From Vairimorpha necatrix (taxonomy: Eukaryota): DNA of 64,000 nucleotides. Where the stretch lies: NCBI GenBank assembly GCA_036630325.1, contig CP142732.1, positions 1 to 64,000 of the forward strand, in the 5' to 3' direction. The translations under genes and the position numbers were made by a program. Shown one piece after another: positions 1 to 12,850 of the stretch (its first letter is position 1; each line of letters opens with the position of its first letter). The notes under the pieces were generated by a model. The model ran no database searches, was not told the origin of the DNA, and was given only the letters and a program-made list of their open reading frames with translations.

Positions 1-2853
1 CTACCTAACCTACCTACCTAACCACCTAACCTACCTACCTACCCTACCTAACCTACCTAACCTACCTACCTAACCTACCTAACCTACCTACCTAACCTAA
101 CCTACCTAACCTACCTAACCTACCTAACCTACCTACCTACCTAACCTACCTACCTACCCTACCTACCTACCTACCTAACCTACCTAACCTAACCTACCTA
201 CCTAACCTACCTACCTAACCTACCTACCTACCTAACCTACCTACCTAACCTACCTACCTAACCTACCTACCTACCTACCTACCTAACCTACCCTACCTAC
301 CTACCTAACCTACCTACCTACCTAACCTAACCTACCTAACCTACCTAACCTACACCTACCTAACCTACCTACCTACCTAACCTAACCTACCTAACCTACC
401 TAACCTACCTACCTAACCTACCTAACCTACCTAACCTACCTAACCTACCTACCTACCTAACCTACCTAACCTACCTAACCTACCTAACCTACCTAACCTA
501 CCTACCTACCTACCTACCTAACCTACCTAACCTACACCTACCTACCTACCTACCTAACCTACCTAACCTAACCTACCTACCTAACCTAACCTACCTAACC
601 TACCTACCTAACCTACCTAACCTACCTACCTAACCTACCTAACCTACCTACCTACCTAACCTAACCTACCTAACCTACCTACCTACCTACCTACCTACCT
701 AACCTACCTACCTACCTAACCTACCTACCTAACCTACCTACTACCTACCTACCTAACCTACCTACCTACCTACCTAACCTACCTACCTACCTACCTAACC
801 TACCTAACCTACCTAACCTACCTACCTACCTACCTAACCTACCTACCTAACCTAACCTAACCTACCTACCTACCTAACCTACCTACCTACCTACCTACCT
901 ACCTAACCTACCTAACCTAACCTAACCTACCTACCTAACCTACCTAACCTACCTAACCTACCTACCTACCTACCTACCTACCTACCTAACCTACCTACCT
1001 ACCTACCTAACCTACCTACCTACCTAACCTACCTAACCTACCTACCTACCTAACCTACCTACCTAACCTACCTACCTACCTAACCTACCTAACCTACCTA
1101 ACCTACCTACCTAACCTAACCTACCTAACCTACCTAACCTACCTAACCTAACCTACCTACCTACCTACCTACCTAACCTACCTACCTACCTAACCTACCT
1201 ACCTAACCTACCTACCTACCTACCTACCTACCTAACCTACCTAACCTACCTACCTAACCTACCTACCTACCTACCTACCTAACCTACCTACCTACCTACC
1301 TAACCTACCTACCTAACCTACCTAACCTACCTACCTAACCTACCTACCTACCTAACCTACCTAACCTAACCTACCTACCTACCTAACCTACCTAACCTAC
1401 CTAACCTACCTAACCTAACCTAACCTACCTAACCTACCTACCTACCTAACCTACCTAACCTACCTAACCTACCTACCTAACCTACCTACCTAACCTACCT
1501 AACCTACCTAACCTACCTACCTAACCTACCTAACCTACCTACCTAACCTACCTACCTACCTAACCTAACCTACCTACCTAACCTACCTACCTACCTACCT
1601 ACCTAACCTACCTACCTACCTACCTACCTAACCTACCTACCTAACCTAACCTACCTACCTAACCTACCTAACCTACCTAACCTACCTAACCTACCTAACC
1701 TAACCTACCTACCTAACCTACCTACCTAACCTAACCTAACCTACCTACCTAACCTACCTAACCTACCTAACCTACCTAACCTACCTAACCTACCTAACCT
1801 ACCTAACCTACCTAACCTACCTAACCTACCTAACCTACCTACCTACCTACCTAACCTACCTACCTAACCTACCTAACCTACCTACCTAACCTAACCTACC
1901 TAACCTACCTAACCTAACCTACCTACCTAACCTACCTAACCTACCTACCTACCTAACCTACCTACCTAACCTACCTACCTAACCTACCTAACCTACCTAA
2001 CCTAACCTACCTAACCTACCTACCTACCTAACCTACCTAACCTACCTAACCTACCTAACCTACCTAACCTACCTACCTAACCTACCTAACCTAACCTAAC
2101 CTAACCTACCTAACCTAACCTACCTACCTAACCTAACCTACTAACCTAACCTACCTAACCTAACCTACCTACCTACCTACCTAACCTAACCTACCTAACC
2201 TAACCTACCTACCTAACCTACCTAACCTACCTACCTACCACCTACCTACCTACCTAACCTAACCTACCTACCTAACCTACCTACCTAACCTACCTAACCT
2301 ACTAACCTAACCTACCTAACCTACATAACCTACCTAACCTACCTACCTAACCTACCTAACCTACCTACCTACCTAACCTACCTAACCTACCACCTACCTA
2401 CCTAACCTACCTAACCTAACCTAACCTACCTAACCTAACCTAACCTACCTAACCTAACCTACCTACCTAACCACCTAACCTACCTACCCTACCTACCTAC
2501 CTAACCTACCTACCCTACCTAACCTACCTACCTACCCTACCTAACCTACCCCTACCTACCTAACCTACCTAACCTACCTACCTAACCTACCTAACCTACC
2601 TACCTACCTAACCTACCTAACCTACCTACCCTAACCCTACCTAACCACCTAACCTACCTACCTAACCTACCTAACCTACCCTACCTACCTAACCTACCTA
2701 CCTACCTAACCTACCTAACCTACCTACCTACCTAACCTAACCACCTACCCTACCTAACCTACCTACCTAACCTACCCTACCACCTACCTATACCCTAACC
2801 TACCTACCTATACCCTAACCTACCTAACCTACCTACCTAACCTACCTACCTAC
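1..2853 (-). repeat. Telomeric repeat tract, irregular mix of TAGG and TTAGG units (CCTA/CCTAA on + strand)
   Basis: Almost entirely CCTA and CCTAA units from the window start, with the C-rich strand 5' as expected at a left chromosome end. Variant units accumulate proximally (after ~2130). Confidence 0.95.
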
Positions 2854-3059
2854 TTTACACGTAAACTTTTAGCTCTCAAAACTTCCTGAATTTTTTGTTA
2901 TAAAAATTTATCAATTTAATCCAATATGTAACTAAAATAAATAAAAATTGAAAATTTGTTGATAAATTGTAACTTACTAGCTCTCAATTCAAGTATTTTT
3001 TTTTCAGATTAATGATTATATGTTATACCTTTATTTAATAGGAAAGTTCAACCCCAACA

Positions 3060-5480
3060 TCCCCCTCCAGACGGGTAGTCTCACGTTACAAGCTTCTAAT
3101 TATTCATTTTTAAAATCTTTAGTTCATAATGTCGTTTCTTAATGTATCTTCCGCTATCAGTCCTTACAATAAAAGAATCATTCTCGCACTTTCCCATTAT
3201 TTTACCAACATTTGTAAATCTTCCTTTCATACTTTTCATCTATTCACCCAAGTTTTTTATCTTGCGATTCTTACAGCCTGATCTACTCTAAAGTTTTCTC
3301 TATGCTTTTGTTTAACTTACTTGCATATTCGTCCTTTTCATCAATTTCCATAAAGACTTCTCCTCCTTATTCTTTCCATGCTTCCATTGGTGTACATTTT
3401 ATCGCTGTGTAGAGTGTTATTATAGGTTCTTACAGCTTGTTCTAGTTTTTCCTCTGGGTTTCCTTTATTTTAATTTAACATCGAATTCTTTATTGTTCAA
3501 ATACAACGTTCTATTCTTCAATTAACCCTATGAGCTTCTAAACCTACTTTTCATTGCATAATTTCGTTTTCTTTACACCAAGTTACAAATCTCTCACTGA
3601 CAAATTCCTTACCGTTAACCGTAATATATTTATCTGGGCATCTATTTTTCTAAAATTTTTGTAATAACATCACTTTCCTTATTTTCCATCTTTGCGCCCC
3701 ATACTCTTTCTCACAAAGTAGTCAATCCCTAATAGCACGTATTTTTCTTTTTCTGCAATATCAAAGACGTTTAAAGCTACTTTTTCTAATTTCTTGAATG
3801 TTGTTACAAAATTGCAACCGCAGGTCGTGTTTCTGTCATTAATGCTACATACTAAACAATTTTTTAGTGTTGTGGTTATCTGGTACTTCATACCTGACCA
3901 GTACCGTTTTTGTTTAATCTTATAATGTGTTCTCACAGCTCCTCGATGGTTTAATTCCTCATGAACTCTACGAATTTCTTTCTCTCTTCGTTCTTTGTGT
4001 AGTATTTATTAATTTCTCTTGTCGAGAACTTAGAAAAGTTTTTACCTTCTCTTTTAGCTCGCTTTATTTCTTTCCTTTCATCTATTTTTGGGTCGCGTCT
4101 CTTTCTTTCGCTGCTTTCTTTCACTTCGTTATTTTTAAATTGTCTACTAAGAGCATCCACATACGTCATCCATTCTCCTTTTACATATTCAATAGTAGAA
4201 TCATACTCTTGTATATATTATATCTATCTATTAATTATGTAATTATTGAAAAACGGTTTGTTTCTAATCATGGCCAGTCCTTTATGATTTGTCATTTATT
4301 GAAAATAACTTCTCCCATATCTGACTCGAATTTTTTTATTTCAAATAACGCTGCCAACATCTCTTTTCAATAATCGTCTACTTTTTATCTGTTGGGGTTA
4401 TCATTTTTGATGCCCATTGTATCGGAATACTCCTTCCTTGTTTTCTTGCAGAAGTATGGCTCCAATTCCCGTATCGCATGCATCCGTTCTTATACTAAAT
4501 ATTTTTTAACTATCTTCTATTTTTAATTTTTTCACATCCTTTAAACTCTCTTTGATATCCATAAAAGCTCTTTCCATATCTTCGGACCATTCCCATTTAA
4601 CATCTTTCTTTAGTGCTTCTTTAAGAAGCGCTGACCGATAAGCATAATGAGAAATAAAATCTCTTAACCAGCCTGCCCGTCCCTCAAATCTTCTAAGATC
4701 TTTTATGTTGTTAGGCCTTCTGTATTCTAATGTCTCTTGCTTTTTAATTTTGTTAGGTGTAATGTCTTCTCCGTTAATTGATACTCCAAGTAGTTTTACT
4801 TCTCTTAATTTATATTGTATCTTTTTTAAGTTTAGAAATAATCCACATTCATTAAATATTCGAATTACTTGTTCTAATAAATTTTCGTGTATATTACTAT
4901 CTCTTGCATGAATAATATTATCATTCATGTACACCTCAACACCTTTGCCTCTAAACTTATCTAAAACTTCGTTTATCACTCTTTGCATAATATAAGGAGC
5001 ATTTTTAAATCTCATTACCATGCTATTCCATTTGTAAACTCTAACATTTATCTCAAAAGCTGTCTTTTGTTTTTAAGCTTTCTCAATTTCTTTATGATAG
5101 AATCCTTTTTTTAGGTCTATAACCATAAATACTTTAGAAACTTGCGTTGCCCTAATAATGTCTCTAATCAATGGCAATTCATACGGATCTTTTAAACCAG
5201 TTCGTTTAAAGCCATAAAATAGGTCTCAGTTGTACTTCACTATTTCGTTTTTCTATGGGCTTTATTAGGCTTCTCCATTCGCTCTTTGTCCTTCTGATAA
5301 TACCTCTACTTTCTATAAAATTAATATACTTTGCTAACTTTTCTCGAATTATAAGAAGTTTTTATCTTTTATAACTATTTTTACTCCTTGTTTTGTTTTA
5401 ACAGAACATTTTCCTCCTGTTAAGTATTTTATTTTCCCTTCGTCTTTTCCTAATACCTCAAAAAATTTTCCTTCCAATTC
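3060..5480 (-). pseudogene. pol: pol remnant (RT, RNase H, integrase) of family-1 Gypsy
   Basis: ORF 4506-5021 has FKNAP...VYMND (RT); TDACDTGIGA and DALSR (RNase H); HEELNHRG...CLVC (integrase zinc finger). Many disruptions. Confidence 0.9.
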
Positions 5481-5599
5481 TTCATATTTATTAATATTTT
5501 TTCTTCTTTTATCTTAGTTTGTATTTTTTACAAAAACACTGTTTCTTGAGTTCTCTCTTTCTACCTTCACTAGTAGTCTCATTTTATAATCATTTCCTT

Positions 5600-6142
5600 T
5601 TAATATCTCATTTTACTATTAAATAAATGCCAAAATATTTAACACTTTTATTTTCATTATTCTCTTCCTGTCTTCCTTTACGCTCCATACAACCTCTAGC
5701 TATATGTATAATTCTTCCACATATAAAACAATGTTTTTCTTCTCGTCTTTAATATTGAAATTTTCTTCCTGGCACTGCTACAGTCCTAGTCAGTTATCCT
5801 TTAAACTTCTTTTTAATTTTTCTTTTATGACCTCTACCATATCTTCAAGTTCTCTACTCCTTATTTTTTTTTTTCCTTGTTCTTCTTATCTTTCTCTTCA
5901 ACAACTAATTTATCAATTTCATCAATAATATCATCCCAATTAATCATACTGATTAAATTTTTATCAATAATAAAATCCTGAAGTTCAGAACTTACTTGTT
6001 TTATCGACTGCTTCGTTGTCTCATCTTTTACATCTTTCTGCATTCTGATATTTGCTTCTACTCTCTGAGCTTCTTTTTGTAATTTTCTCTTCTCTTAAAC
6101 ACAGGTCTCACTTGTTACCCTTTCGTCTTTTGTGTTTGCCAT
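5600..6142 (-). pseudogene. gag: gag remnant of family-1 Gypsy with CCHC zinc knuckle
   Basis: ATG at 6142 overlaps the LTR terminal A and is in frame with ORF 5861-6043. CFICGRIIHIARGC at 5730-5689. Stops and frameshifts present. Confidence 0.75.
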
Positions 6143-9100
6143 GTTATACATTTGTTTAATAGGAGGTTCAACTTTAACATTATAATTAAACACAAATTAT
6201 TTTCCGTGTAATTCTGCAAATAAATTAAAGTAAAAAAATATTGTAAAGTATGAAATTACTTCTTTAATTTGTAATATATATTATTGTAAAAAAGGTCATT
6301 TTTGTGTTTTAACATATTTTTTACTGGAAATATTCGTATTATACTAAAAAAATAATATTTTCGGGATATTATACAAATAAATTAAATCTCGAAAGCTGTA
6401 CTAACGCATATATACAGACACAGGAGCTAATACTCTTTAGGAAAGCTTATGATAACCACTTTGGATAATAAAATTGAATCATCTTTCTAAGAAAGTAAAA
6501 GGACTTAATAATTTGGAAACATTAAGGACAAGATTTCAGTGTTTGTCTGAAAATTCAATATGAATAACTAATTACATTTGAATATTTCAGTATAAAATCA
6601 TGTGATATTAAAATTGATCTATGAAAGTAATTATGATTTATCTAAAGTAATATGATTTAATTTATTTTTATAGAATAAAAGAGAATAGAAAAAAATGGAT
6701 TTTTTGAATTTTTTTATGAATATTTATATCTACTTGGCTGCTGCATAGGGATGCGGCTTCTTCTAATGTACAATCTTATTTATCTATGTATTTGCCCAAC
6801 TGTTCAGGAAGTATTTTTTTATTACAAATGATATTGTGTCTATTTTTTATGTTCTCTTTGGGATTCAATTTTCTATGGTAGACAATATAATATTTTTAAA
6901 AATAAGAGGGTGTGGAAATATTGGATAATTGAAAAATTCTTCCTATATAAAATATATTTGATTATATGATCATAATACTATAAATATGTTTTTTATACTT
7001 TTATATTTTCTTTTATAACCGTTGGATTTACTTCTTGCTTGATCTTCATATAATTTCAATTATGAAGCAATCAGTTTGATATTATTGATAGCCAGTTAAT
7101 ATTGATAAATTTTTTGCGATTCAGATATGTTGTATATTCAGAATTATTGCTTAAAAAATTGCGAATAGTTTAAAAATAACCTATCATTATCTATGAAAAT
7201 GTTTTACATAATGTGTATTGTTAAAATGTAATTTTTTATGATAACCAATTCATGGATTATTATAAAATTTTAATTTTTAATTAAATCATTAGATTGATTT
7301 CATTCTACGAAAATCAAAATGTTAAATTCCAAAAAATTCATAAAAATTTTTTTGTTAAAATATTTACAATTTAATTTATCAATTTTTTATTATATTTATT
7401 TTATCAATTAATATTTAAATTAAATATTTTTTAATAATTATTATAAATCGTCAACCGCATCTATGAAAAATATGTAATTGGGTTTATGCATTAAAATATT
7501 TTAATTTAACTATTTTCTGTCATTATTAAAGATACGATTTGTTTTTTTAATTTATACGCTATTACATTATTTTATCCTTAAATTTATATAAATATCTATT
7601 AATTAGTTGCATTGGGTTTTGTTTATACTTTTTACTAACCCTTCTTAGTTCTTATTGATTTATATTTTTTAATTCTTCGGTTAGTGTAAGATATTTTTTA
7701 ATCAATTTTCTGATTCTGTATTTATTTTGATTTTATTTTTACTATAATTATAGTAGAAAAAAAAAAAAGAAAAATATATGATATTTACTAGAAAAATTCA
7801 CATAAAGAAAAACGAAATTCATTTCAAGCCTAGTTTTGTGTATAAATTTACAATTTGTATGAATATTGATTATCATATCATTTAAAATGTATTTAATATG
7901 TTTTATGACCATTTTTATATGTATTTCTTAGATATTATCATTATTTCCATTAAAATTATTTTTATATTTTATTTTATAATATTTTTACAGATTATAACCA
8001 AAAATAACAAAATACTGTGTAATAAATGATAACAGAATGAAATGTCTTTCTTTGTGTTCCTCTATAGATGTTTATATTTTATTTTCGTCGTATGTCTTTA
8101 TGTTTCTTTAAGACTTTAAATTTTTATTTATGAATTTTCTTGATATTATTTGATTTCTATGTGCTACATTTTTATAATAATTTTAAAAACTTAAGTTAAG
8201 CATTAAAAAAATGAGTTTTTAGATATGAAGAACTTTCCAATGTTTCCTTGTGATAATTAGTATTGAATGTTTTACTATAAGAATAATTTAAATCATTTTT
8301 ATAACTTTTTGAAATATTGATTGTATTTTAATAACTTTAATCTACAATTTTCTAAAACCCTCCGTGATATGGTTATTTTTAAAATACAAATATATAAAAA
8401 TTTTTAATAGATTATTATTTAAATTTTTATAAATTTTACGTTATTGAATCATATGTTTTCGTGTAGGTTGTATATATTTACATGTTTTATATGTAGGTGT
8501 AATATATTTCATTTATAATTTTTGATTGATATATTATTTTTTAAAAAAAAGTCGTTATATGTTCTAAAACTATTACTTATATCAATCAGTCGTATGTGTA
8601 TTATTATGAGCGAAATTTGAAAAAAAAAATATTTTATGACAAAAAATATTATTTTCGTTACAGTGGTTGAGACTTCTAGATTAATTAGTCGTGAAAATTT
8701 AATTGTATAAAATTTTCTTTTTTTACTTATCTAAAATGTTTTGAATGTTTAGTTTAAATGTTTTTATTAACTATTCTAGATATTAATATTTATTTTCAAA
8801 ACGAGTTTTTGTCCAATATTTTTTTTTTAAAAAAAGTTATCCTACTAATTTAAATATATTTTCTTTTAAAATTTTTTTTGTAATATTAACCTCAATTATC
8901 TTTATTGAAATTGCATTTCGAAATATATTAGTTTTTAAAGATTTTTATTGGCATTATGTTTATTTAACTTGTAGATAAATCTTTGTGTATTATAAAATTC
9001 ATTGAAGTAACCAATTTTCTTGACCATTTCATACTTAGAATTAATCTAACGCATTTAATTAAATTATAGACAATAAATAATATCAAAATTAAATTTCAAT

Positions 9101-12082
9101 TTTACTTCAAAAATATTGACTATGACGGGTTTATTCGAATTTTTGATTCAAAATTTTAAATATCTGATAATTATAAGACAAAGGAAAAATTTTTTACTTT
9201 AGAAGAATTTTTAAGTTTAGTCTTTTAACTAATAATATTTCATTTTTTTGCCAAATAATAAAAATTTTATTTTTTTATTTGAAAATATGTGTAAATGAAT
9301 TATATATATTCTAAAAATTTAATTTTTTAAGAATACTTTTAAATTTTCGAGACTAACGATATAGCAACATAATTTAGTTGTTTTCGTTTTATAGATTTTA
9401 TTTGGATTTTCGAAGTATTCCCATTTTGTTAAAATTTAATATATCAAATTTTAACTTTTAGACTTTTCTTTAATTTTTTTGTAAATAATCTTGAAAACGT
9501 CCAAGTGAAATATTTAATAGTATTATAATTGAGAAATGTTTGTCGTGTATTAACATATTTTTAGTGGGGTTTTTTAATTGAAATTAAGCAAGTGTTAATC
9601 ATTTTATTTTATGTTAATACTCTTTATATTAATTAAAATTATTTTCTTCTTAAATAAATAAATTTTGAAATATATATTCCTTTTGCGTGTATCTATGGTA
9701 TATAAGGTTTTTTAAATTTAGATTTCATAATTAATTATCTTATTGTTATTAACTGTATTGGATTTATATGCATTTCTATTTCCCCCCATGTATTTTTGGT
9801 TTTAATTTTTTGAATATGCGACGCCTTTTTCAAAATCTCGAAAACGTTTTGTTTACAACAACCTTGTATTAAATTGTATGTGCTATTGTTTTAATTTAAT
9901 TGTTTATAATTGAAAATTTACTTATTATTTCTTATTATATTATAATATGGAAAATAAATTCAAGTAGGTTTCCGTAGGATTTTTTAAATCAATAACATAA
10001 ATGTTGTTACTAAGTAAAATTCTTTTTGCCGTTACTGAACGATTTATCAATGAATAGGTCCTATTTTATATTGTTAATTTAATATAATATTCTTTAATTC
10101 TTCTAATTATACATTAAATAAATGATTTTTTTTTTTAATGAATATATAATTTTACGATAATTGTTGATTGAATTTAGAATTTTTTTTTCGAAAATGACCT
10201 TTTTTATAATATTTCGATTTTCATACTTAAATTTTGATCTAATTATTATTTAAAAATTTTATACTTAACGCATTTAGAAAGTATTATATACAACAAAAGA
10301 ACGATTATCATATCTTTAACCGATAGATTTTTCAATTGAATTGTTCTTATTTATTTAAAAAAATATAAAAAAAAAAATATTTTTACAAATATGATAAAAG
10401 TATTGCTGATTGTATGGTGTCCAATTTTTTTTGTTTTTAATTTCTAATTTTGTGTGGTCAATATGATTGTAAAAAACAAATTAATATTTGTGACATTTAT
10501 TTTTTACCAGCTTCGATTTCAAAAGTCTACAATGTTTTATAACTAAAACTTCTTTAGAATTCTATAAACCAAAAGAATGTAATATAGGAGGTTAATCGAA
10601 ATTCGTTTAAAATTTTTATATAATATTTGTTTTTGTTTTTTTACCATTAGTAATTATTATACTTAATAACGTGTACATATTGGTCATATATAAATATAAT
10701 ATAGTTGATTTTTTAGTATAATTTTCATTTATAAAATCGTCTGATATGTTATAGATAATTAAAAAACTTCATTGCTTGTTTTAAATGTACTTAAATAATA
10801 CTATATGCAATATTGGGATTTATTTTTGTTTATCTTGGCGGAGATTTTATTATAAAAGAAAATTGTATTTCATCTAATATCTTGATCGTATATCCTTATT
10901 TTGAATTCTTATGTATTTATCTTACTAAGCAATATGTTTGAATCATATGTATATCTTTTATTTATAATTCCTTTACTATCTAAATATAATAAATAAATAT
11001 TTTTTGAATCACTTTTAAAACAGTGCTATTTTTGATCGTAAAAGTAATTCTATTTATTTGGTTTCGTACTTATACCAAAAAAAAATGAAAAGATCAAATT
11101 TAAAGTTTTTGTTATTACCTATGTTGTAAATTTAGATAGATTGTAGAGTTCGTTTTAAATTTTGAAAGATATTTTTTTTCTTTCAACCAATTTGTCGTTC
11201 TTATTTTTCCTTTTATTTCTTTGTTCTTCATAGATAAAACTTTGCTACCTTAAGTTAGAAGGCTAAAAATATTTTACTATTAATAACTTTATGATTATGT
11301 ACTTGATTCATAGATATTCCTTGCCCTTCATATACAAACTTTTTTTTTAAAATTTATTTTTATTGTAATAATTTTTTAGCCACGTAAGTTAAAGGTTAAT
11401 TATTTTGCATGGATAAACACATATTGTAAATTTTTCATTTTTTGTTGTATTATTGGTGAATATTTAACAGAGTAAATTTTGACAACTGTCCTTTTTAAGT
11501 TATCGTTAATACACACTTCTATGAAACCTTTGTATTTAGTTTATCAAGTTTTGGTTTTTTAACATTTAATGAAAAACTTTAATGCATATACCTAAATTAT
11601 TTTAGATAAATTTATAATCTTATTTCTTGTATAAAAATATGTCCTATTTTATATAACAAATATATTGTTATACTAAATTATATGTCTTAAATGATTGGTA
11701 TATAATATCAGACATTTCTTGTAATTTAATCACTCAATGATTGTGTTTTAATTTCTTTTTGAAAGAATCTAATTTACTTGTTTGAAAAATATGTTTTTAT
11801 CTTGAAAAAAGAAATAAATAATCGTTTAATAAACGTATTGTGTCCAAAGCCGATTTAATATGATTAACTTTACTTCAAGTTTTCATTTTTATGGCGATTC
11901 TGCACATAATGCGTTCAATAATTATTTTATGAACAGCAAATTATAACTTACGTACTCATACGAAAAGACCATTAAATCTAAATTACTTAAAATATATATT
12001 ATACATATACATACGTTGGCAATCTCTAAAAAAAATGTACTAAATTGTGCAAGAAATAGTTTTCGAAATAACAATATTAATA

Positions 12083-12470
12083 TTTATTCAGATGTCTTGA
12101 AGCCCGAGACCTGCACTGACGATACGGCTTATAATTAAACAATGATTATTGGTACTGTCAAACATCTCAGAGTATTGTAAATAAACATTAGACATGTTTG
12201 ACATTTATAAACTAAAGGTAAGAAAAGTGCATGTCACATGAAGTACTACTAATTCAGTAGAACTTCGGTTTCATGTTTGTTTGTTTACATCTCAAAGAGT
12301 TTGACAGTTAATCTAATTGACTGTTTAAACGGAATTTACCCCTGACCCACAATTCCGATGAGCAGAAAACAAGAAAATAATAAAATCAATATGTTAGTTT
12401 AGACTCACACTCTTCTACTTCGGATCAGGCTACATGTTAGATCATAAGATGTGTATATACTCCATAAAGA
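12083..12470. other. GC-richer island with multiple inverted repeats (LTR-like or structured-RNA-like, identity unknown)
   Basis: Inverted pairs tgtcaaacat/atgtttgaca, gaagt-ctact/agtag-acttc and cggaatt/aattccg. On the minus strand TATAA is followed by AATAAA. Paralog at ~42047-42430. Confidence 0.4.
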
Positions 12471-12639
12471 AAAAAAAATTATTAATTTGTCATATATTTA
12501 TTTCATTTTAATTTGTTTAATTCATATCTAAATATTGAGACAATAAAGTTTATTTTAGAAAATAACATAATAATTTGATGTTTTAATATATATAAACAAT
12601 CTTTAAATACAAATACGACATAATTACTATTATGTTTTC

Positions 12640-12850
12640 TATTATAAAAAATGAATTTGATAGGATATGCTAGGTGTTTAATATTTCTAGTATATTCTGA
12701 ATAAGTTCCGCGTAGCTTCTTCTGTTTGTGGGCAGCTCTTCGGCTCTTAGTCCTTTTCAAATCGGAACCTTCATATCTCTATGGTAGGATATTAAAATGC
12801 TTTCGTTTGTCTTCTCTGTTATTCATCTTGATGTACGCTTCTACTTTCTT
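12640..12850 (-). mobile_element. 3' fragment of RLE-type non-LTR retrotransposon (family 2)
   Basis: Minus strand reads KVEAYIKM..., similar to 31576-31791. Paralog at ~44590-44800. Confidence 0.7.

Larger units (their letters stand above)
3021..6179 (-). mobile_element. Decayed Ty3/Gypsy LTR retrotransposon (family 1) with 38-39 bp LTRs, copy A
   Basis: Direct repeats tgttata...aaca at 3021-3059 and 6142-6179; TSD ttata at 3016-3020 and 6180-6184; PPT (ggaggggga on minus) at 3060-3068. Internal gag knuckle, RT, RNase H and integrase fragments in Gypsy order. Confidence 0.9.

Noticed and set aside
3927-4373. Plus-strand hydrophobic ORFs (also 4705-4911, 5704-5928, 34105-34392, 35125-35394, and minus-strand 57188-57481)
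   Set aside because: Antisense shadows of Lys/Glu-rich coding sequence on the other strand.
12090-12140. CTGACGA hammerhead core, or an rRNA / RNase P / telomerase RNA identity for the structured island
   Set aside because: No downstream GAAA, no convincing conserved rRNA or RNase P blocks, and no telomere-template match.
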